Positions 49,655 to 57,229 of a stretch of DNA of 64,000 nucleotides are shown piece by piece; the first letter of the stretch is position 1; every line of letters begins with the position of its first letter. This DNA comes from an uncultured Spirochaetota bacterium (lineage in GTDB: Bacteria; Spirochaetota; UBA4802; UBA5550), in NCBI GenBank assembly GCA_963827275.1, contig CAWHAA010000004.1, forward strand, positions 486,847 through 550,846, written 5' to 3'. The position numbers and the translations under genes were made by a program. The notes below the pieces were generated by a model that worked only from the letters and a program-made list of their open reading frames with translations, was not told the origin of the DNA and did not search any database.

Positions 49655-51226
49655 TTACTCCGGGTACCCGGTGATTTCGTGGATCCTCCTGAAGAGCGGC
49701 TTCAACCGCGGGTATATGTCCCGGTACACCTTCCGGTAGAGCTCGTCGTAGAGGCGGTGGTTTTCCGGTATCGGATCGAACACGTCCCGGAGACGCGTCA
49801 TGGCCCTCACCGCTTCCGGGAAGCCGGGATAGAGACGGAGCCCCACGGCCGCGTTGATGGCCGCACCCAGCGCCGATGTCTCGTAGGTGTGGGGGCGCTC
49901 CGCCGGGAGGCCGAATACATCGGCCGTTATGCGCATCGCCATGTCGCTCTGCGACCCGCCGCCCGAAACCCGGAGGCGTGAGATGGGCGTCTTCGTTTTC
50001 TTTACCGTGAACTCCGATCCTTCGCGCAGGGCGTACACCAGTCCCTCGAGTATAGAACGGTAGAGGTACGCGCGGTTGTGCACGTCGCCGAAGCCTATGA
50101 TCGAACCTTTCGCGTAGGGGTCCATGTTCGACCCGGGCGACCAGTAGGGCTGGAGCATAAGCCCCATTGACCCGGCCGGCGTGTTCCGTATCAATTCGTC
50201 GAAGAGCTTTTCCGGCGCGACGCGCTTCTTCTCCGCGATCTCCTTTTCCCTGAGGCCGAATTCCTCCCTGAACCAGCTCACCATCCAGAACCCGCGGTAT
50301 ACCATAACCTCCGTGTAATACGCGCCCGGCATCGCCGCAGGGTAAGGCGGCACCATGGGAACAAGCTCGATATACCGGTTTGACACCGTGTTGAAGGTCG
50401 CGGTGGTGCCGAAGCTCATGCAGCCGATATCCGGCGTGAGGCTTCCTCCGCCGAGGATCTCGCATCCTTTGTCAGTCCCCGCGGCGAAGACGGGAAGGCC
50501 TGCCGGGATGCCGGTCTCGTGCGACGCGCGCCGGGTGATGCGCCCCATTTTCTCCGACGGCTTCACAAGGCAGGGCAGCTTTTCCCGCTCCACCTGGAAG
50601 AGCCGCCACTTGATGTCGTGCGGTCCGGCCCAATTGTATGTTTTACTGTTGAACGGCAGGTAGCCGACGTTGTTGCTGGTAGAATCGGTGTACTCGCCCG
50701 TCAGCATGTAGGTGAAGAAGCCGGAGAGGTAAAGGTACTTGTGCGTCTTCTCCCATATGTCCGGCTGGTGCTGGCGGATCCAGTTCGCCTCGCAGATTTC
50801 AGCAACGCCCTGGACAAGGTCAAGCTTGTTCACCGCGCGGAGCAGGGGCCGTGCGGCCGCGGGTATGATCCCGCTTGCGTCCGCCTTTCTCTGGTCCAGC
50901 CAGGTGATGGCCGGGCGGAGAGGCCTGCCGTCCGCGCCGAGATTAATCATCGTGGCGCGCTGGGTGGTAAGAGTGACGCCCGCTATCCGCTCTTTTGCCC
51001 GTCCGGCCTTTTTGAGGAGGCCGCGGCATGATGCGCAGAGCATGCGCCAGTAATAGTCAGGGTCCTGTTCCGCCCATCCCGGATGTTCGGCGTAATAAGG
51101 CACGATAGTAGTCTTTACAATATTTACGATGTTCCCGCCGGTATCGATCAGAGCCGCCCGTATCGACTGGGTCCCGGCGTCGATGGCGAGTATCAGTTCT
51201 CCGCTCGTGGTCTTTTGTCCCTTCAT
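49655..51226 (-). CDS. FGGY-family carbohydrate kinase
   Basis: ORF to 51301; RBS AAGGAGA before ATG 51226; N-terminal LILAIDAGTQSIRAAL; C-terminal VSGGGSQSDMAMRITADVFGLP. Confidence 0.8.
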   Translation of the reverse strand: MKGQKTTSGELILAIDAGTQSIRAALIDTGGNIVNIVKTTIVPYYAEHPGWAEQDPDYYWRMLCASCRGLLKKAGRAKERIAGVTLTTQRATMINLGADGRPLRPAITWLDQRKADASGIIPAAARPLLRAVNKLDLVQGVAEICEANWIRQHQPDIWEKTHKYLYLSGFFTYMLTGEYTDSTSNNVGYLPFNSKTYNWAGPHDIKWRLFQVEREKLPCLVKPSEKMGRITRRASHETGIPAGLPVFAAGTDKGCEILGGGSLTPDIGCMSFGTTATFNTVSNRYIELVPMVPPYPAAMPGAYYTEVMVYRGFWMVSWFREEFGLREKEIAEKKRVAPEKLFDELIRNTPAGSMGLMLQPYWSPGSNMDPYAKGSIIGFGDVHNRAYLYRSILEGLVYALREGSEFTVKKTKTPISRLRVSGGGSQSDMAMRITADVFGLPAERPHTYETSALGAAINAAVGLRLYPGFPEAVRAMTRLRDVFDPIPENHRLYDELYRKVYRDIYPRLKPLFRRIHEITGYPE

Positions 51227-51348
51227 GGCATTCTCCTTATAATCCCTCCCCCTTGAAGAGGGAGGGCAGGGTGGGGGCGGGTCCACCTCGCTTTTTTTCA
51301 CCCTCTCCCGGCCCCTCCCGTCAAGGGAGGGGAAACGGCGGCTTTAGC

Positions 51349-53040
51349 TTAATCGAGTCCGAGCGTGCCGCCCGGGTTCATGATTTTATTCGGGTCAAAG
51401 TGCTTCTTAAGTGTGCGGATCACGGCCATCTGATTCTTCCCGATGTGGGACTCAAGCCAGGGAGCGATCATCCTCCCCATGCCATGGTGGTGGCTCGGGG
51501 AACCGCCGTGCCTGGTGATGGCTTCTATCACGTTGCGCTGGAAGTCAATGTATGATTTCACGCTGTCCATCTTCATGATGAATATGAAATAGAGGTTCGT
51601 GCCCTGGGGATAGAAATGGGACGCGTGGGTCATGCAGATGGTGCCGGGCCGCTTCTTGATGAAGGCCCGCACCCCCTGGTGCAGCCGGTGCAGGTTGTCC
51701 CAGGTCACGGCTGTTTCAAGGGTATCGGTTACGATGCCGAAATCGCTTAAATCCTCCCGCATGTAGGGCTTGTGGAAGCGGGTCTTTTCCCATTTCTTTG
51801 TCGCGAAACCGGTAAGGGACATGGCGCCGTGCCTTGAACAGATTTTTCCTATCATTTTTTTCACATGGCGCGCATATCCTTTCTCGCCTTCTGCCGTGGC
51901 GATCAGCATGCACCGCTGCATCGGCTTATAGCCGCGCAGGCGCATGAAGTGGTCGATGGCAGTGCCGTGGATGCCGAAGAGCTTTAGTCCCACGTCGGTC
52001 TCTTCCGGGTCGGATATGCGGTACACGGCGGGCATGCCGAACTCGCCCTGCATCACTTCGCGGCTCGCATCGACCGCCGCCTCCCAGGTCGGGAACATGT
52101 AGGAGAGGCGCTGACGGTTCGCCGGCATGTACCGGAATATCTTCATGGTTACTTCCACCAGGATGCCGAAGGTCCCCTCGCTTCCTTTCATGACGTCGTT
52201 TACCTTGGGGCCCGTGGCAGTGCCGGGGTAGTCGAGGGTCCTGATATCGCCGACCGGCGTCACGTATTCGCCGCTCAGCATGATGTCGCAGGCATCACCG
52301 TAGTAGGTCGATGCCTGGCCTGAACCCAGGGTCACGACCCATCCTCCGACCGAGGAGTATTCAAAGGACTCGGGGAAGTGTCCGCAGGTGTAGGCGTGCT
52401 TCGTGCCGTACTGCTCGCGCGCCCGGTTCAGCGCCTCTTCGTATGCGGGCCCGAACATGCCGGCCTGGACAACGGCGGTGTGGTTCGTTTCGTTGATGCT
52501 GATGAGCTTGTTCATGTGGGTCCCCGTCACCAGGGTCACGCCGCCGCGCCTGGGCCTGAGGCCCAGTGTCACGGATGACCCGCCGCCGTAGACATAGACG
52601 GGGATCTTCCTTTTATTGCAATGGGCCACGATCGCGCGAACGTCATCCTTGGAGCGGGGATGGAGCACCACGTCGGTCACGGTGCCGATCTTTTTGCTGC
52701 GGAGTTCCAGGGCCTCCTCCATGGTCTTGCCCCGGCTGTAGCGGAGGCGGCTGTAGGCATCGAGGGCCACGTTTTCCTTTCCGACGATCCTCTCGAAGGC
52801 CCTGATGTCCGTCAGGGCGATCCGCATCTTCTGCGTGACCGATACCTGCTCCAGGCCCTCCTGCTTTTTTTTTCTGAACTCGTCGTCGGTCATGCCGAAC
52901 TCTTCTTTCATCATGCTGTACCAGGCGTTGCTCGGGTGTTCGAAGCCGTCCGGCGCGCCCCATTTGAATATCGAGCGGTAGGACCCTTTCGGCGGCGCGG
53001 TCTCGGTCCAGTCCGGGATAAATCCATTATGCTTTGACAT
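51349..53040 (-). CDS. FAD-linked oxidase (FAD_binding_4 + FAD-oxidase_C; alkyl-DHAP-synthase/GlcD-like)
   Basis: FAD-binding ...VYGGGSSVTLGL...; conserved C-terminal HHHGMG histidine block (SPSHHHGMGRM). Confidence 0.8.
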   Translation of the reverse strand: MSKHNGFIPDWTETAPPKGSYRSIFKWGAPDGFEHPSNAWYSMMKEEFGMTDDEFRKKKQEGLEQVSVTQKMRIALTDIRAFERIVGKENVALDAYSRLRYSRGKTMEEALELRSKKIGTVTDVVLHPRSKDDVRAIVAHCNKRKIPVYVYGGGSSVTLGLRPRRGGVTLVTGTHMNKLISINETNHTAVVQAGMFGPAYEEALNRAREQYGTKHAYTCGHFPESFEYSSVGGWVVTLGSGQASTYYGDACDIMLSGEYVTPVGDIRTLDYPGTATGPKVNDVMKGSEGTFGILVEVTMKIFRYMPANRQRLSYMFPTWEAAVDASREVMQGEFGMPAVYRISDPEETDVGLKLFGIHGTAIDHFMRLRGYKPMQRCMLIATAEGEKGYARHVKKMIGKICSRHGAMSLTGFATKKWEKTRFHKPYMREDLSDFGIVTDTLETAVTWDNLHRLHQGVRAFIKKRPGTICMTHASHFYPQGTNLYFIFIMKMDSVKSYIDFQRNVIEAITRHGGSPSHHHGMGRMIAPWLESHIGKNQMAVIRTLKKHFDPNKIMNPGGTLGLD

Positions 53041-53053
53041 GGTTTGTTCTCCC

Positions 53054-54496
53054 CTATGTTAGTTTTATCAGGTGTGACAGCGGGTTGACCAGCTTCCCGT
53101 GTGTTTTATTCATGAAAGCCCTCGTCAAAAGGTAGAGCGATCGTAACGGATTGATGGGCGCGAGCTTCATGGGGTTCACTTTCATGAGATGGCACATCGA
53201 TTCCGTGGTGGCGCGCAGGTCGTTGCAGACGCCGCTCCGGTACACGCGCCGCGCGCCGAGCCGCCGCTCCAGGCCTTCGGCCAGCTCCTCGATGGCGCAG
53301 TGGCCGGCAATCAGGACCGGCCCGCTGATCGAGTCGATCTCCCCGCGGTCGAATCCCTTGCCCATCACCAGCGTCCATCCCCCCCTGCCGTTAAAGTCTT
53401 TCACGAGGGACTGCAGCACGGCGAGGGGATTGTTGACGCACCCCTCGCGGCAGGCCATCTCCCTGCCGCGAATGATCCTGACGCTTTCCGGAAATTCCGG
53501 ATAGAGATCGAAGGGGTATTTGCCGCCGAATTTTTTCAGGTCCCCGATGATGTCGATGTTCTTCATGTCCCGGTAATCGCCGCGCAGCGTTATATCGCCG
53601 GGCTTTTCCACGCCGTCACCCAGGCCGCGCTCGATGGCCAGCCTGAGGTGCGGCACGTCGGCGACGTCGTAGCCGAATACCTGCGCCCCGACGATATCCG
53701 CCGCGACCACGTTGGGGCTCCCGATGAGGATGCGGAATGGCTTGACGCAGGTATCGGCGAGCGCGAGGGCGTTGTAGTGGCCGTAGATGCTCCCCTCGAC
53801 CCCCTCAATCAGGGTGAAGTCGGGCCGCACGCGCGCGAGCACGTCGACGAGCTTGCTGTGGAGATTGTAGTTGTGGTCGTAGCCCCGGTCTTCGTGGCGC
53901 GGGAAAGCCCACTGGTTCTTGATGCCCAGGGTCACGACGCCCATGGAGTGGGTCTTCAGCTTGGGGAGGTTGATGTAGAGGTTCTCATCGCGCTTCGCGA
54001 TGAGCTTGTCGGCCACGGTTTTCGATATGCGGAGGGTGTTCCAGTCGTATCCGCGGGGCCGGTCCGTGAAGGTGGTCTCTGTCGTTTTTTCCTCGTCGAG
54101 GTAGACCGGCACCGCTCCGAGTTTCCTGCATATCTTCGCATAGCCCGTAATCGCGAAGACGAGCCGGGTGATGTTGCACTGGGTGGAATTTTCGAAGACG
54201 TAGATATTCCTGGCTCCCGCTTCCTTCCAGTAGCGAATCACCGCCTCCAGCGCTTCGGGACGTGTATGCGCATACGGCTTCGAATCGACCGCGTTTGGCT
54301 TGATGTACACGTCTCCGCTCGATTTCAGCATTTTCTTTCCGCCGTACGCGTCGAAGATCTCCTTCACGCCGGCGGTAAGCTCCTTTTTCATTAATTCGCC
54401 GAGGGGCCGGTATGCCTTGAAGGTGCCGTCACCGTGCGGGGCGGCGAGTTTTTTTATGTACACGCTTGTTCTGTCTTCCGGTGTCGTGCCGCTCAT
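53054..54496 (-). CDS. DUF362-like domain protein (uncharacterised, Cys-rich)
   Basis: 480 aa; motifs GDVYIKPN, LKTHSMGVVTLGIKN and Cys cluster MACREGCVNNP resemble DUF362 proteins; by eye only. Confidence 0.5.
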   Translation of the reverse strand: MSGTTPEDRTSVYIKKLAAPHGDGTFKAYRPLGELMKKELTAGVKEIFDAYGGKKMLKSSGDVYIKPNAVDSKPYAHTRPEALEAVIRYWKEAGARNIYVFENSTQCNITRLVFAITGYAKICRKLGAVPVYLDEEKTTETTFTDRPRGYDWNTLRISKTVADKLIAKRDENLYINLPKLKTHSMGVVTLGIKNQWAFPRHEDRGYDHNYNLHSKLVDVLARVRPDFTLIEGVEGSIYGHYNALALADTCVKPFRILIGSPNVVAADIVGAQVFGYDVADVPHLRLAIERGLGDGVEKPGDITLRGDYRDMKNIDIIGDLKKFGGKYPFDLYPEFPESVRIIRGREMACREGCVNNPLAVLQSLVKDFNGRGGWTLVMGKGFDRGEIDSISGPVLIAGHCAIEELAEGLERRLGARRVYRSGVCNDLRATTESMCHLMKVNPMKLAPINPLRSLYLLTRAFMNKTHGKLVNPLSHLIKLT

Positions 54497-54557
54497 CGCG
54501 ATCCTCCCTGCAAAAAGTGCGCGCCGCTCCCGGCGCGTTCCGTGTCCGCATTCCGCT

Positions 54558-56192
54558 TCATATAACGGGCAGCGTCAGCAGCGCGGACAGTTTCTCAATC
54601 TCCGCGGCTGTTTTCGCGCCGTCCCAGTTCAGTTCGCGCGCGGCCGCCTCCGCGGTCTTCCGTATAACGTCGACGCCGGGATGCCCGAGCGTGCCGAGCC
54701 CTGTCCTCCGGAGCATGATGTCCGGAAGAGTACGGGCCATTTCATGGCGTACCGCGTATACAACCTCCGCCAGTATCTCTCCGTCGTTGTTAAGGGGCCG
54801 GGCGAGGGTGGCGTCGTCCCTGGCGATATCGCAGACCAGGCGGTAGTCGCTTCCGTAGGCCATGCCGAGATAGTTCATCGTATTGCCGGGGAGTATGTTC
54901 TCCGTTCCGAGCGCCGAGGCGAAGGCCTGCAGGTCGGGGATTTCGCATCCTTTTAAAAATTCATCCGCCGTTGTGCAGTGTTTCATCTTTCGTCCCGATT
55001 TTTTCCGGACCTCCGCCATCACCTTCTCCGCGAGATTCCTGCTGGTGGTGTATTTGCCGCCTTCGACCGTGATCAGGCCGTCGAGTCCGTCAGCCGCGTT
55101 GTCGTATATCTCGTAGCGGCGCGACGAGCCGTAGGTGCCGGCGGTCTGTGTCTCAACGAGGGGGCGGAGGCCGCCGTAGGCATGGCGCACGTCGCCGTAC
55201 CCGAGCGTGCCGCTTCCGAACGACTCGTTCACCTCGTCGATCAGCTCCTGTATGCTCTGTCGCGACACGCGGTAGCCGTCGGGCCCGCCGGTGTATTCCT
55301 TGTCGGTGGTGCCGACGAGGGTGTGCCCCCGCCAGGGAACGAAGAAGATGTGCCTGCCCCGCGTGGTCCTGAGTCCCACCATGTGGCTGTTGACCGTTTT
55401 GTCGGTAATGATGTGAATTCCCTCTGAGCGGGTAATATGACGCGCGGTGTCGCGGTGAAGGGCCTTTGCCAGGAGGATGTCGGCCCAGGGCCCGGCGCAG
55501 TTTATGACCAGCGACGCCCTGATCTTCAGCGTGGAGCCGCCCAGCTCATCGGTTACCACGACGCCCCGGACTGATTTGCCCTCGACGATGAAATCGTCAA
55601 CACGGGCGTAGTTCGCGACCCTGGCGCCATGGTGCGCCGCGGACCGGATAAAGGCGAGGGTGAGGCGCTCCGGGAAGGAGCTCAGGCAATCGTAATACAC
55701 AAACCCGCCGTTCAGCCTGGCGGGCCGCACGCCCCCCTCCGCCGCGAGCACCTCCTTGCCCGACATCGAGCGGTGGCCCGGAAGCCGCTTGGCATGGTCC
55801 CGCGTCCTCCCTTTATCGAAGGAGAGGATGTCGTAGAGGATCATGCCGGCCCTCATTACCTCTCTGCTGTTCATGAGGCCCTGGCCCGTGTAGGTCGCGA
55901 TCAGGCAGGGAAGGGGGAGCACCAGGTTCGGCGCTATATTTTCCAGGATCCGCCGCTCGCGCAGCGACTCCCGGACCAGGGCCACCTCGCCGTTCGCGAG
56001 GTAGCGCAGGCCGCCGTGTATCAGCTTTGATGTCGCGGATGACGTGGCCGCGCCGAAATCGCCTTTTTCAACGAGGGCCACTGAAAAGCCCCTGCTCGCC
56101 GCGTCATAGGCAACGGCGGCGCCGGTGATGCCGCCGCCGATAATCACCATGTCGAATGTTTCTCCGTTGTACTGTTCGATAAATCGTTTCAT
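54558..56192 (-). CDS. FAD-dependent glycerol-3-phosphate dehydrogenase (GlpD/GlpA family)
   Basis: N-terminal FDMVIIGGGITGAAVAYDAASRGFSVALVEKGDFGAATSSATSKLIHGGLRY; 544 aa with DAO_C-like C-terminus. Confidence 0.85.
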   Translation of the reverse strand: MKRFIEQYNGETFDMVIIGGGITGAAVAYDAASRGFSVALVEKGDFGAATSSATSKLIHGGLRYLANGEVALVRESLRERRILENIAPNLVLPLPCLIATYTGQGLMNSREVMRAGMILYDILSFDKGRTRDHAKRLPGHRSMSGKEVLAAEGGVRPARLNGGFVYYDCLSSFPERLTLAFIRSAAHHGARVANYARVDDFIVEGKSVRGVVVTDELGGSTLKIRASLVINCAGPWADILLAKALHRDTARHITRSEGIHIITDKTVNSHMVGLRTTRGRHIFFVPWRGHTLVGTTDKEYTGGPDGYRVSRQSIQELIDEVNESFGSGTLGYGDVRHAYGGLRPLVETQTAGTYGSSRRYEIYDNAADGLDGLITVEGGKYTTSRNLAEKVMAEVRKKSGRKMKHCTTADEFLKGCEIPDLQAFASALGTENILPGNTMNYLGMAYGSDYRLVCDIARDDATLARPLNNDGEILAEVVYAVRHEMARTLPDIMLRRTGLGTLGHPGVDVIRKTAEAAARELNWDGAKTAAEIEKLSALLTLPVI

Positions 56193-56193
56193 T

Positions 56194-56913
56194 TTATTTT
56201 TCCCCTGTACGGTGTTCTGTCAGGTAGTGTATCGTTTTACGCTCGGCGTATACGAGGAGGTCATACATGATCCTCCTGGATTTTTCCGGTTCCTGGCCTT
56301 TTATCGACTCGTATATGTCCCTGTAGAAGTTCATGGTGCGCCTGACGTTGGCCTGCTCCTCGAAATAGTAGGTCAGCAGCTGTGCGACCATGCCGCTGTT
56401 GTTGAAGAAGTTCAGCACGATAAGAAAGGGGATGTTCCTGCTCGCCCGGGCGATGAGCCGGTACAGCATCATGTCCCTGTCATTCAGGGGAATGTCGTTG
56501 TCTTGTATGATGCGGTCCATCTCAACGAGGTCCTCCTCCGTCCTGTTCAGGGCCGCCTGATAGGCCACATCCGGCAGGATGAGCCTGCGGAGGTCAAGAA
56601 GGCCCTTCAGTATTTCGATATTGATGCCGCCGCCCGCGGTTGCCAGGGCCCGCAGGAGGTCCATGTTCCCGCTGTCAAGGTAGTCCTTGACATAGACGCC
56701 GTCGCCATGGCGGATTTCAACAAGGTCGAGCATCTCGAGTTTTTTGAATGCTTCACGCACAGTCGCTCTGTTGACGTTCAGCCTTTCGGCGAGGTCGCGC
56801 TCCGGCGGGAGCTTGTCCCCTTCCCTGAATTCTCCGGATAGTATCTGTTCCTGGAGCTGGGTAACGATCCCTTCGTGCAGCCTGGTTTTCTGAAGCGGGT
56901 TGAGTATTGCCAT
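56194..56913 (-). CDS. GntR-family (FadR/FCD subfamily) transcriptional regulator
   Basis: wHTH LPPERDLAERLNVNRATVREAFKKLEMLDLVEIRHGDGVYV plus all-helical FCD ligand domain. Confidence 0.85.
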   Translation of the reverse strand: MAILNPLQKTRLHEGIVTQLQEQILSGEFREGDKLPPERDLAERLNVNRATVREAFKKLEMLDLVEIRHGDGVYVKDYLDSGNMDLLRALATAGGGINIEILKGLLDLRRLILPDVAYQAALNRTEEDLVEMDRIIQDNDIPLNDRDMMLYRLIARASRNIPFLIVLNFFNNSGMVAQLLTYYFEEQANVRRTMNFYRDIYESIKGQEPEKSRRIMYDLLVYAERKTIHYLTEHRTGEK

Positions 56914-57164
56914 GATCTATTCACCTTTTGTGGTCGGGTGGTCCGACCAATTTTAATATACTCAATCCCGTCCAGTCAGTCAAGGCGGGAGGCAAAAAAA
57001 ATCAACAACAGGGGAATTTTGTAAGGTGTCTGTTGATCGGGGGGAGATGGGTATGCCGGGATAATAATAAAAAAATTATATCAAAAAGTGGTTGAAATTT
57101 TTTATGTCTCATATATTATGTCTCTTAGGCTATAATTCAATACCTCCTTTTGATAACGTATATT

Positions 57165-57196
57165 TATCCCCCCCAGGGGCACGGGGGGATTTTTTA
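57165..57196 (+). terminator. strong hairpin + T-run in the gntR/SNF2 divergent region (terminator of a short transcript or leader attenuator)
   Basis: ATCCCCCC-aggggcac-GGGGGGAT followed by TTTTTT; preceded by TTGAAA(57092)-16 nt-TATTAT(57114). Confidence 0.45.
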
Positions 57197-57229
57197 CCGC
57201 TTATCCAAAAAAAAATCCGGTGACAGACG

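Noticed and set aside
51227-51348. Pair of GC-rich hairpins (CCCTCCCC...GGGAGGG; CCCCTCCC-gtcaa-GGGAGGGG) as a regulatory RNA
   Set aside because: Most simply explained as a terminator/insulator between the two same-strand genes (FAD oxidase and FGGY kinase). No flanking promoter or conserved loop motif is evident.
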